A stretch of DNA of 64,000 nucleotides. Source: Bilabrum cf. latius. Its lineage: Eukaryota. Below the pieces are notes generated by a model. The model was not told the DNA's origin. It did no database searches and saw only the letters and a program-made list of their open reading frames with translations. How positions within the stretch are numbered: position 1 is the first letter of the stretch; the number at the start of each line of letters is the position of its first letter. The stretch covers positions 620,001-684,000 of the forward strand of contig OZ237752.1 of assembly GCA_965178125.1 (NCBI GenBank). The letters are read 5' to 3'. Below are positions 25,314 through 37,493 of the stretch, piece after piece. Position numbers and translations under genes: made by a program.

Positions 25314-28300
25314 ATGGGACACTGGTACATCTGGAGCTCCTGGGTTCTCGGGCTCGATCTCCTCTGTGGATGGGCTTTGGGTCAGTCCCTCGCAGACGTG
25401 CACGTGTGGGCCCGCCGCCGGATGCAGAGGTACGCCGCCCTCAAGCACCTCGCCGACAGGAGCGGAGTGTAGCAAGGAGGCCAGCACACCGCCGACAGTG
25501 CCATGGTCCTCGAGAGCAAGAAGGGGCACATCAGCAAGCCCGGGTGGCAGGGGAGGGACCAGCACCAGGACGAGTACGACGACGACGACATGCTTGAGAG
25601 CGCATCCGGAGACATAAACGACGCGGCATCGGCACACGACGATGGCGCGAGCGTACAGTCCGGCAACTCCAAGCCCTCGCACGTGGGCAACCGCTCCACG
25701 CTGAACACCTCTCGCAAGCGCCGCACCGGCAACTCGAGTGCCAGCGCCAACAGCCACTACAAGAGCGCCACTCTACTCGCGAGGGGCGTATCGCTTCAGG
25801 TGGCCGACCAGCTCAACCCCGAGGACGTGCAGGCTGAGCTCAAGAGGGTCAAGGCGGAGGCAGAGAGGGGCTACCAGTACGGGATGGAGCGATTCAACCG
25901 CGATGAGATGGCCTTCTTGCAGTACGGCGTATTCATCCGGTTCTTCTCCTCCTTCAGCTTCCTGGAGTGCATCGCTCTCAGCAGGGCACTGAAGCTCAAT
26001 CCCAGCGTGGACTCGCGCTTCTACAGTAAGACGTACTGGCATCCGTGAAAGTGCATGGTCTCTAATCTACTGTACTGGTTTGCTGCACTTGCACTTCATT
26101 GACCACCTGCTTGCTACCTAGCTGTATCCACTCCTTCCATTCGCAGTCTTCACTCGCGTGCGCGCCCTCAGGGAGTCGGACGGCAGCGGGCTCAGCCCGG
26201 TGGACCGCGTGCTCTTTGACGGCGCCTACAAAGAGGTCATGACCATGCGGCTGCACGCGTACAAGTACATGTCCAGGATCTGGAACACGCTGGGCTCGGC
26301 CCGCCCAGACGTGGCCGTGGTGCTCAGCACCGGCATCGAGATGAAGGCCACTCTGGAGAAGATCGACGTGGCCTTCCGCCGACTCATGGCCCTCAACTCG
26401 GAGAGCACAGCGGTGCTCCGGGCCCTGGCGTCCTACCTGATCGACCTGAGGTCCCAGCCCGAGCGTGCCACGGAGCTCTTGAACAAGGCCAACCGCATCG
26501 AGGACTCGTCCAGGAAGTCTCGCATGAAGCTCGTGCAGAACGTCGAGTTCGGCACCTCCACGCACACGCAGTCCATCCTCGAAGACGGCGCAGCCATCAT
26601 CACCATCAGCGGAGCGGCAGCCGTGGGCAGCGACTCCAAGCTGGGTGAGATCGTGCAGGTGACGCCGTCTGCATCGCGGCTCTTCGGCTATGGGGCCTCG
26701 CAGATGATCGGCCAGAACGTCGCCATCATTGTCCCGCCTCCCATCGACCTCGTGCACAACCGGCTGATGGCTGCATTCGGCAGGAAGCGCACCTCCGCGA
26801 TCGTTGGTGCAACAAAGCTGGTCTTCGGGCAGAAGCGCACGGGAGACGTCTTCCCCATGTGGCTGCAGGTGTCCGAAGCGCCTCCGGACGAGCAGACCGC
26901 TGAGCCCCGGTTCTCTGCGGTGGTGCACGAGGTAGTGACCCAGCAGGATTTCGTCATCTTCGGTGGTCCCGAGGTGCAGTTCAAGATCCACGGGTGCAGC
27001 GCTCGCACCCTTGAAATGCTGGGCCTGGAGAACGAGGCGCTCCAGTCGGAAGAGATCAGCATGGAGCAGTTCTTCCCGTCCATCGACTCCACCTACAGCG
27101 AGGAGATCCCGCTCAGCGAGGAGGACATCAGGGCCATTGCTGCTGTGCCCGTCGTGCAGAACCTGGAGGACGTGCTAGGCTCTTTGAGGCTGCAGTCGCG
27201 GACCATCTCGGGCCGCGCCCTGATGCGACCCATGCACGCGCATCAGCACCACGTGGGCATTCATGAACCGGCCGGTGGCGGCGCCTCGATCGGATCTGAC
27301 GCGGCTGCGCACGGTGACAGCTAGCATGACAGCGAGCATGCCGCACACCGTGGCCTCGCTCCCATCATCGGAGAAGGGCGAGTGCGAGACGGAAAGAATC
27401 TTCGCCAGTCCGTGGGCTTCAAGATGGAGAAGAGAGGGAGGCCCGAGGACGATGAAGGCGAGCGATCGGGAGGCAGCCGGTCCAAGTCGAAGAGCAAGAG
27501 GAAGAAGAAGAAGGATGCAAAGGCCTCCAGACACGACCAGCTCAAGGCCGCCATCGCCAACTGCCAGTCAGCTCGCGCCAAGCCCATGCGCCAGCAACGC
27601 AAGCCAGGGATCATCCCTGTGCGGGTGCTGGGAGTGGATTCACTCATCGTTGGGTGCTGCCAGCGAGTCGTGATCGGCAGCGTGCCCACGTTCTACGTCC
27701 TCAAGTACAATGCGCTCCAGTACAGCGAGATTGAGGGCGAATCACGCCAATCGTTGGGTTCCTACCGCCGGCACTCGAGTGCTGGCATGCACGATGGTGG
27801 GTTTGCAAGGCAGAGCAGTCCCTCGCGCCGCGCCTCTGGAAGCACGGCAGCAAAGGGGTAGTACTCGCAGCTCGCGTCATGGCGGTTCGACAGCAAGATC
27901 GACATTCCATCTGGGACCACCTCACGGCAGCGCGCCGGGTCAGATGCGCTGCATGAGGGCGGTAGCGCAGATGCAGCCAAATTCGAGGTGGAGGTGGCAT
28001 CGAGGAAGCTTCGCTCCACCCCCACCGCACCCACACGGCCAGGGGGCATGACTCTTCCGGCCATCCCAGCAGAGAGGAGCCACGAATCTGAGAATCAAGA
28101 GATCTCCGCAGTGGCCATTGGCCCCGGCCCGGACGCCAGCAGCGACTAGCGGCCCGCGCCCGTGCCGGAGTCCAAGGACGAGGATGCCAACGAGGACAAC
28201 GAGGACGCCATGGGCCAAGTGGAGCAGGACGCTACGGCACAGGCGGACGGGTCGCAGGCAAGCGCAGATGCTGTGGCCCGTGTGATGCACGGGACGGGCG

Positions 28301-31300
28301 AGGACGAGACAATGAATCGCAGCCGCGGGTCAGACAGCAGCGCGGACGAGCACAAGAGCTCTGACACGAGAGACCCGAGCTCGCCGGACGGCAACGGGGC
28401 TGCCGCTGCTTCTGCTGCCGGGGCGCACTTCCGATCAGGCGACCGGACATCCGATCGGACCCCAGCACTTCCACTCGTCATCGCTTCGGAGAGAAGGCCC
28501 TCGCAGAGCCGAGGCATCCTCAAGCGGGGCACCATCCAGCGAGACTATGAGCACGAGGCTGGCAATGGGACAGCATCGCACAGTCTGCTAGGCAACGATG
28601 ACGCGGACGAGGATGGCGACACTTCGTTCCTGCGGTCGTCATCGATACGGTCCGAGAGCACGAGCGAGAGGAGGCGCAGAGACAGCAAGACCGAAGTGCT
28701 GGTCGTTGACAGGGCCAAGAGCTTCCACAGCGGCACCGGATCCACTCGGTCCAGCATTGCCCGGATCCAGCAGCTGTCCAAGGGTGCGGTCGAGCCGGAG
28801 ATCCGATCCATCAGGGTCATGCTGATCGTGCTTGGCACTGCGGTGCTGGCGCTTGGCATCGGCATCGTCCTCTACATGTCCAACGTGGTCAATAACATCC
28901 GGAACAACTCGGCCTCCGTGTGGATCGCGGGACAGAGGCGCAGGGCCATGCAGACGGGCATCGATGCGGTGCTGTGGATGAGCTTCCAGAGCTTTGACGC
29001 AAATGGCACGGTGACGGGAGCGTCCTTCGTCCTGGACTCGATCGAGGACACCGTGCGACGGCTGCAGATCTCGAGGGCGGCGAGCGACGCCCACCTCGCG
29101 GCGTATCGCGCATCCAGCGAGGTCGACCTGGCTGCCCTCGATGCAATGCGTGGCGCTGAAGAGGAAGCTGGCAGCCTGCTCCACGATGTAGCTCTGCGCG
29201 GGGAGATGTACGAGCACCGGCGGCAGCTCCAGTACAGCACGAATGCAGAGACGGCAGCCATGGCCAGCCACGGCAAGGGCGCCCTGGAGCTGCTGGCGCT
29301 GATCGCGGACGAGATCCAGATCGCCCAGGCGCGCATGTTTGAGATCAAGACGGATGACTAGGTGCGCTAGTTCGAGGCAGAGCACCGCACCGCCATGCGG
29401 CTGCCGCAGCAGGCAGGCGGGGGCACGGTGTTCGTGCCGCTGGTGCAGCACGTGCAGGAGATTGTCGCTGCCATGCGGAGGATCTCCCGTCTCAACCCTC
29501 AGAACGTCACCGTCACCCAGCGTGACGTCCTGTTTCTGAGCCTCAACACTGAGGTGTGGGACATGGCCATGGGTCACTCTTTGGAGATGAGGTACGTGGT
29601 GTATGCTGCTGTCTTCCCCAGGACCGTGCAGGAGGTGATGATATTCGGGTCTTGCGTGTTCGTGGTGTACATCCTCCTGGGATCGTGCGTGTTTGCCAAC
29701 CTGACCACCCGGCTGGGCGCCAAGGTGAGCCTGGTGCTGCAGACCTTCCTTTTGCTCCCACGGTCGACTGCCCGGCGATTGGCCAGCCGCTCCCAGAGAC
29801 AGCTCAACAAGGTGATGAGAGAGATCAACAGCGAGCTGGCCTCCGACTCCGAGGACGAGAGCGAGGAGGAAAGCGACCAGGAAATGATGCGTGGCCTGGA
29901 GACGGGCTCCGATGCGGATGTCACCACGCGCCTCATCGAGAAGCAGGGCCACGGGGCCGACGAAACCGTCGCGGACAGGGACCAGCTCGCCAAGTCGCTG
30001 GGACAGGGCGGTCGCAGTGCAGCGGCAGTATACCCCGACAAGGAAGACGGAGCGAGCTCGGCCGTGGTGCGCATCAAGGAGCCCATCAGCTCAGGCAGGT
30101 CGCAGGGATCCCGCAGGAGCAGGCACTCGTCCCGCTTCTCCTCTCGGAAGGCGCGAGATGCAGCCTACGTGGCAGCCATGGCCAACTTGAGGAACCACAC
30201 GGACAGCTCTCAGTTCGTGTGGAGGTCGACGGTGTGGCTGCTCGTGCCTATCCTGCTTGTCCTTGGCTTCATTGTCTTCTTCGTCCTGTGGCAGCTGTCC
30301 TTCACCCAGGTCATGCTCAGGACCTCACAGAGGATCATCGCGGCGTCCTCGCTGGAGTCTCAGCTTGCGGGTACCACCAACACGATGCTGGGCCTGAACT
30401 CGGCCATTGCTCGCAATTCCGGCAGCGACCGCATCATTGAGCTCGCCAAGCTGGCCGACCTGCAGGGACAGAAGACAACCGCCGTGTCCTCTGTGCTGAC
30501 GTTCGGCGGGAAGGCAGTGCTGACCAAGCTGCTAGTTGCGAACTCCACGCGAGCTGAGGAGGTATTCGGCCACATCTCAGAGGATGAGGTCACCCTGGAT
30601 GCTATTGAGAGCTCCAAGGACCCGGGAGGGAGCCAGGCGTACGAGGTGATGCACAGCGACACGTGCAGTGCGGTGGTGTGGCCCAACACCAGCACAGTAG
30701 TGTCTCTGGAGCGGATCGACCGCGCATAGAGCCGTCCGTCCGAGAGCGAACTGGCCAGCCAGGAGTACGCCGATGCTCTTCAGATGTGCCTGGAGACCGA
30801 GGGCGGCGTGCTAGGCGAGGGAGCTCTGTCCGCCATCGCCACTGTGGTGTTCAATTTGAGGCAGGCCGTGTCCGCCGTGTTCCTGGACCTGACGGGCCTG
30901 CCGCCCCCGTCCATGCGAGGCAACTCGGCCGACGACGTCTCCGTGATTCGGCGGCAGAGGCGCGCCCTGCTGGGCCTGGCCGACGACGACTGGCACGATG
31001 GGGATGTCAATGGGGCTCTGTTTGGGGACACGGAAGAGATGGCCGGGCTCTTGGGAGAGGATGGTGTAGACCATGGGTAGCCCGTGGGCTCCGTGCAAGG
31101 ACGCGATGGCAGCCTGTGGAGCTCTGGTTGGGAGCAGCAGCGGGGCGAGGGCGGGTCCTGGGACTGGGGAGGGGAGGGGCTCGGCAGCGAGAGCTCCATC
31201 CGGAGGAGTGACGGGCGGGCCCGTGGGGTGCCGCAAGCATCGCGGTCGACGGGCATCGGTGCGCCGCCGACTGCTAGCCAGAGCTAGTCCTCCAAAGCGC

Positions 31301-31827
31301 CGGTTGCCGCGTCGCTGCCCAAGCACCACGAGCCTGAATCCAGGGAGCTGAACGGTGGCAACGCCACCGCAGGTGCTCTGGACAGCTCGGGCACCCAGAC
31401 GCCGAATTCCACGGAGCCTGCGCTTGCGTTCAGCACGGTCGCCACGATGCTGGACTTCACTTTCAGGATCAGGTCGATCGTGAACCCGTTCCTGCTGCAC
31501 TCCATCTCGGCAGTGCGGGTGAATTTCTTCCTCGGCCTGAACGCCTCCTTGATCAGCGGTTAGAACCTGCTCAACATTTCCGCTTGGGTGTTCGTGGGAG
31601 TGTTCCTGGTGACCACGGCCTTCTACTGGCCGGCCGTGGCAAGCCTGAACGTGCCGCTCACTTCGGCGAGGCAGATGCTCCTGCTGCTGCCAGAGGAGAC
31701 CATCCTGCGGATCACGGTGCTACGGACGGCTCTGTATCGGATCGCGACCGACCATGAGAGGGCAGCGGCAGGGCAAGCCAAGGTGGCTCCCGAGGGGGGT
31801 GATGCGGCCGCGGGCGCTGGAAAGTGA
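25314..31827 (+). CDS. 5'-truncated chimeric duplicate of the TmcB-like PAS gene (exons 25314-26025, 26147-31827); lacks the N-terminal TM block
   Basis: The duplicate starts at 25383. Upstream sequence supplies an in-frame ATG and a 23-aa leader (MGHWYIWSSWVLGLDLLCGWALG). Frame is intact to TGA. Expression unknown. Confidence 0.6.
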
Positions 31828-32669
31828 TTGAACATTGTGCATCCTTCACGATACAATTGCACTGCAACTGGGTGCTCTGCCTGGCACCGGCTAATTGCCC
31901 TCATTCTCTTTGCGCCCCGGTCGACTTGTGCCCCCCGCGGCTAGAGTCCCCGGCGTCTGCCATGAGGCGGCGGGTGGCTCGTTTAGTGCGAGTTGTCAGG
32001 ACACGTGAAGCGGCATCCATGCGTGTGACAAGTGAGATCATTGAGTTTGGCATGCAAGGAATGGATATCTCTCAGTCGGTAGAGAGCCGAAGTGAGCAGA
32101 GCGGGCTCGGAGACTTTGTCGGCATTCCCGACGCCCCGGTACTACATCACTGCAGTATCGTCTCCTTAGCACCTCATGCCTGGTCCATGCGTCTGCTGTG
32201 GAACAGGGTGGATCCCAGGGGAATGCGGGCCAGGGGGCGCAGCCGCTGCTTACTGCGGCCGAGGAGGAGCGGGGGCGTGCGGTGGAGGGCTATATGCAAG
32301 AGTTGCGGGGGTGGATAGCAGGACAGATGCATAATCATATGCGTGATAAACGATGATGTCGCCGTGGGAAGCTAAGTAAGACTTTCCATGGCTGCTTCTG
32401 AGCTGAGCTGAGCTGGCTCCCACGAGCCACGGGACAATCCATGCCCGGCTTGAGTCACTCTACCTTGCCATATTTATGAGCCAATCCAACGTATCCTGAC
32501 CCGCCATTCATTTCAATGCGTGCAACTGACTTGCAAATGTACCTACACTACGCCACCATTCGGGTATCTCGCAGATCTATCGCCCAACAGGCCATCGGGC
32601 CGCAGTCCTTGTGCTCATGTAGGCCTAGCTAGACCAAGCGAACGAAAGGTTCTGGATTCAATCCAGTTA

Positions 32670-33056
32670 ATGTCTATTATATTCCATCTTGGGTGTTTCA
32701 GTTGGTTGATAAAGGCGTGCCTGGGCACACGAGCAAGTTCTCGGGCAAGTGCTCGAATCCGGAAATGGCACGGAGCCCGTCCAGTACGTTGCATCGTCAC
32801 AAGCTCAGCAACATTTCAGCAGCAGTAGCAACAACGAAAATCTCAAGCCTCTGTTGACTCCCAGGTCAATATGGGTGACAATGATCGCAATCGTCCTGTA
32901 CGCCATCGCCCTTGTGGGCTGGAATCGGACGACGATGGCGGCTACCCCTGTTCGTTTGGAGCAGAAAAATTCCTGCCCCCGGTCCCGCAGACCCACTGGG
33001 CTTCACCCCGAACGACTGGTTCTTCACCGGTCCACCTGAATGCGGTATTCATCTGA
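32670..33056 (+). CDS. Possible short hypothetical ORF with poly-Gln (TAG=Gln)
   Basis: ORFs 32520 and 32871 are joined by CAG CAG CAG TAG CAA CAA; no domain recognised. Confidence 0.25.
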
Positions 33057-33506
33057 CACTACGAATGTACACGCCACTTTCCCCATGCACCCGACTGGCC
33101 TCGTCGCCACATGGCTTCCTGTTCCTGTTCCCCGCCCTAGGGACCGTGTGCTTTGCTCCCTGCATTGCCACCTTGGCCCTATCCTTTCAGCTTGCACGCG
33201 CCAGTCCTGGCCGACCTGCCGTGCGCCCCATCTGTCCACCCACCTGTTGGCCCTCTGCGTGCTGCTGGCCATGCAGCCCGCTGCCACCCGCGTCTCCCTC
33301 GTGCGTTGCACCTGGAGCCCCCATTCCTCCCGTTGTGTTCTCCCTGTTGACACCGCACTGTCCTCGCCTGTGCCGGTGCCCCCCTCTTCTTCTCCACCTT
33401 CTGTCCTCCTGCGCCCACCTCGTCTTCCGTCTCACCTCTGCTCCCCGTTGCTTCAATCCTGAAATTCCTGATGTCCGAGTACATATAACAAGATCTACGC
33501 GGCTGA

Positions 33507-36020
33507 TCTTGTCGCTTCTATAGGAGTTGCGATCGTCAGCCAGATCAGTAGCTTTGGCCCAGTACAGGCTCTCCCTCTTGCAAAGCTTGCGATCAGCTGC
33601 TTCTTGCAGTCAGACTACAGCAAACCTGTTGTCCCACCCGAGCACCAGCTTCGCAGTTCGGCTTCACGCTGCGCCGTGACCGAGTGATCGCAATCCTGAA
33701 GATTCTGCAGCAGACCTTCACCGCGGGGAAGCAGGGCCTCGTGCTCCTGTTCGGAGACTTGAAAGCAGCATTCGACCGAGTCCAATGGCCTATCATGCGG
33801 TACACGCTAGAGAAGGCTGGACTGAGCGCGACCGCTTCGAGTGCATTCGTCAATAGGATGAAAGCTAAAGCGGAGGTGTACCACCGCCCAAGCAACACCC
33901 GATCGGAACCATTCGAGCGAGGAAAGGGGACATGCCAGGGAGATCCCATCTCCCCAGATGGCTTCGCGGTATCAATGGTACCTGCGAACGAGTACGTCAG
34001 GCAGGCGTGCGCAGGACCGCAAGCGGCACCACTGACAGCCGATTGGGACATCGCACAGAAGGAGCCACAGACGCTGTACGCGGACGACACCTGCGTCACT
34101 ATGTTGTGCAAGAGCGGCTCGCTGACGGCTGTAGCAGTGCTCTCCATTGGACACCATGAGTCTGGCCATGAGTTGGGCGTAAGAGCAGTCAGCAATGGCT
34201 ACACGAGCAAGACAGCTGTGATGGCGACCGGACTGACCCGTGAGGCGTTCGAAGCAACTGACGACGACGTGGAAAGCGGACGTGCAGTTGCATTCACCCC
34301 AGAGGAGCTCAATCTCAGGATCCAAGAGCAACTTCCTGGCACTCTAGCCACGGCACCACTGGAGCCAATCCGACTGGTCCACAAGTACGACTACCTCGGC
34401 TTCCGTCTACACACCAGACGGGCACCGGTCAAAATGGCCGACGGAAGTACTAGACAGCTCCACGTCCTGGACCCAGTGAAACACTTGGAGAGGCAAGCCG
34501 GCAAGGCAAGACGAAGCATTGCGGACATCTGCCAAGCAGCCGTGAACTCTGACTGGAGCCTTGCACAGCTGTCCTCGATCCTGTACAGTGCAGTCTACGG
34601 GACGGTGCTGCAAGACCTCCACCTCTCAGCGGCACCAGCAGGCTTCGAGCAGGAGCTAAAACGCAAGACAGTGAAATGCACCTACGTACCAGGTATAGTC
34701 TGGAACAAGGCAGCTTTGAACATTGTCGACGAGGTCCTAGACTGTGCCAGGGCCGCCCTGGTCGAAGCAGCCCCCCGACTTCCTAAGAAAGGAGGCGGCC
34801 GTTTCCTGCCGAAGGACACGGTCAGGGCGCTGGTCTGGCCGGCCGACGCGATGGCCAGAGCTGTCTCACAGGCGTACGGCTGCTCACTGGTGCTGCTGAG
34901 CGGAGACACGCCTGCCCACATGCAGCTAACCGCGTGGTACATGGTCAAGCACGAACCTAGTGCCCAGGGACCTATGGCGAACATGGCCGCAGTCTACAGG
35001 TGCCAACATGGCGCACGAGACCAGTCCGTCTTCCAGATGATCTTCAACACCAAGAACCGCAAGCAGCTGAAACGAACGTTCACCTCGTGGCTGTGCCCGT
35101 ATATCCTACGGGACGCGACTGCACTGCTGAAGTCGAGCTCCAGCACGCACGCTGCCGGTATACTGCGCGAAGCAGAAACGATGCACCCGGTAGCGACAGA
35201 CGCCTGGGCAAAGTTTGACGAGGACTCTGTAGGCATGAAATACCTACAGAGCTGCATCGGTTTGGACAATTCCCGGATCCTCGGCCCTTCGGCCATGCCG
35301 GCGATAGCACGGAGCACCTGGCGAGGCCGAGACGGCCGCCTCATCCTACGATGGCTCACTGGGCGTTACCCTCGGGAAGGGACCATGCACCACAGAGGAG
35401 AACGCTCGGTACAGGCCGAGATGATGCGCGCGGAAGCCACGCACACGGACGTACCCTGGGCACCCACGGCAGTGGGGAGAGCACTATGGATGGAACACGT
35501 CAAAACGGAGCAGGTGCTGACACAGGAACACCGAGGGGACGCAGACTCCTTGGAGCTCTCTATCGTCCAAGGCACCCTCGAACAACTCCAAGAACGGTGC
35601 CGACGTGCAATCCGACGCTTGTAGCAGAGGGCCAATGAGAGCTTCGGACGAGCCATTGAGGGGTTGTAGTCCTGCCAACTGTGCGTAGCTGAACAACTCA
35701 GCTCGGGCAGCCCAACAGCCCGAGACCTTGCAATCCGAGCCCACCCGCTCGGACACATACTGAATCCCTCCGAGAACTAGTTCATCGGAGAGTGGATGAC
35801 AGGAACGCTGGGCCGTTGCGCCCTCAGCAAGGAGCTTCAGGTGCTAGAACGCATCTGGGCGAAGGGAACGGCAAGGCTAGCACGCTCCCGGATCTGGAGC
35901 AGGCAACAAGTCCTAGAGGCGGACTATATGGCGGTCTGGTGGCGAGAGGCTGAACGCCTCACGCCTCGCCAGGCCTTCCTCGCGCATGCTCCCTCACTGC
36001 GGACGTTCGACTGGGTCTGA
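33507..36020 (+). CDS. Non-LTR reverse transcriptase with C-terminal CCHC-like motif (TAG=Gln; N-truncated)
   Basis: SQFGF, LFGDLKAAFDRV, GTCQGDPISP, LYADD, YDYLGF. Reading through TAG 35622/35667/35778 gives CQLC...GH...RC...ERIW, ending at TGA 36018. Confidence 0.88.
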
Positions 36021-36247
36021 CTCCCAGGAGATCTCAACGCGATGCGCTTAGGACACGGGTCCTAGGCATGTATCGGTCTTAACCAGACCAACTATTTCTT
36101 CAGAGGCCTTTTCAGGTCCTGACTGGCTCCGCCAACGCGGGTACAGCTGGGTCCCCTGTTAAGGTGCGCGTTACTTTGGTGGCAGTCCTCGGATTGTCTC
36201 TGGTATTGAATTGCGTGCGAAAACTCTATTTTCTCTCTCTCTCTCTC
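33507..36247 (+). mobile_element. 5'-truncated non-LTR (LINE-type) retrotransposon
   Basis: RT ORF without an endonuclease domain or upstream ATG, followed by a hairpin-containing 3' region and a (TC)8 tract. Boundaries approximate. Confidence 0.7.
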
Positions 36248-36535
36248 ACCTGCTTTCATGGCAGAGAGGTCTCCCACTATCAGCCGACGAATCTGGCCGA
36301 CGATGTACTCATTGGTTGAATTGTTGAGATCATAATTCTGGCATCAGAGACCACAACGCATTCTGTAAAGCAATTCCCATGACTATAGATTTAAGACTCC
36401 ACTTTGGACCAGCCGACTCTTTCCCATTCATCCCACGAGCTGTCACCCCCCCCCCCCACCTCACCTATACAGATCCTGTTAGCTACGATGCCCCCAAGGT
36501 GTAATGCTTGCTGGCGTTATCTTTCTCCGAGCCAT

Positions 36536-37108
36536 TTAGTCTCGCTTCGATCTCTCGGTTGAGGTTGGCAGTGCCACCACAGGGAAGCTACCACCGCAGT
36601 CTGCGCATATGCGACCAGCCCCAAATGATCTGTGACACTTTAAATTGATCACTTTGTCGTCAATTTTGCTCGAAAGTTTGCACTCCTCAAGCCATTTGAG
36701 CACTGCAGCTGCACAATTCGGGTTCGCACCTCGCGTCAAGAGCGAGTACTGCGTCTGTACGAATTCTAAAGTAAAGAATGTGAACCGCTTAGGAGTACCT
36801 AAGCTTTCTACGAGCGCCCTGCCGTCATCTGGGCTCTTGATATCGACATCAATCCTGCTTAGCTGTCCACGCGAGTCGAAATGGCGAGACACTAGCGCGA
36901 TGTGTCCCTGTCCAAAGTACTGCACCAGCTCGCGTTTCACTTTACCTGCATAGTCCATATCAATTGCTTCAACCGATACGCCGGTACTTGCGCCCTCAGA
37001 TCGCTTAGCAGAAGTGTCATGGCAAGCAGCTGAGACGCGAGCTTGGATGCCTGTGGTCACAGAAACGGCCTGTGCCGTTTCTCTCCTGAAATACAAGAAA
37101 TATGACAT
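36536..37108 (-). CDS. Unknown ~190-aa family, diverged paralogue (copy 2)
   Basis: ATG 37108 to TAA. Same motifs (YAGKVKRELVQYF, RIDVDIK, NPNCAAAV, CADCGGSFP, PTSTERSKRD) despite many nucleotide changes. Confidence 0.75.
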   Translation of the reverse strand: MSYFLYFRRETAQAVSVTTGIQARVSAACHDTSAKRSEGASTGVSVEAIDMDYAGKVKRELVQYFGQGHIALVSRHFDSRGQLSRIDVDIKSPDDGRALVESLGTPKRFTFFTLEFVQTQYSLLTRGANPNCAAAVLKWLEECKLSSKIDDKVINLKCHRSFGAGRICADCGGSFPVVALPTSTERSKRD

Positions 37109-37250
37109 AAATTTGAACTCTATGCTGGTATTATGGCCACATGATGTACATGCTGACGTCTTCACAACGAGAATCTGGAAAAAGAATCCAGGCGAGTTCC
37201 TGGCTTGCGGCGCCGCGCCACAGAACGAACCGTAAGTTCCGCTCAAGATG

Positions 37251-37278
37251 TCCCGGACTCCCGGGACTCCCGGGACTG
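37251..37278. repeat. Short tandem repeat (TCCCGGGAC-like x3)
   Basis: TCCCGGAC TCCCGGGAC TCCCGGGAC visible directly. Confidence 0.7.
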
Positions 37279-37493
37279 CGTCGCATCCTCGGATTCAACT
37301 TATGCTCCATCACTGCACACCATTGACTGGGTTTTAGTACCTATTGGGCATGGATTAGCTTGCTTGAAATTGAGACTTGTGGCTTTTTGACCCCCCCCAT
37401 GGGGGGCACCAAATCTCCTCAGATGCCTCCTCACTGAGTCCTCAGGCCCTGGTGTGTGTGTCCATTGGACTCCACCAGCAGGTTCCTCTTTAG

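Larger units (their letters stand above)
22636..25760 (+). repeat. Segmental duplication B, copy 1 (~3.1 kb; copy 2 at ~37665-40725)
   Basis: Shared sequence from TACGTCAGGAT through the TM/coiled-coil ORF, the reverse ORF and the PAS-gene fragment; offset about 15028 with small indels. Confidence 0.9.

Noticed and set aside
16594-31500. Long antisense ORFs (e.g. 16594-18132, 19240-20550, 28639-29952; also 3572-4831, 51454-52833)
   Set aside because: Shadow frames of GC3-rich real genes on the opposite strand, with no motifs.
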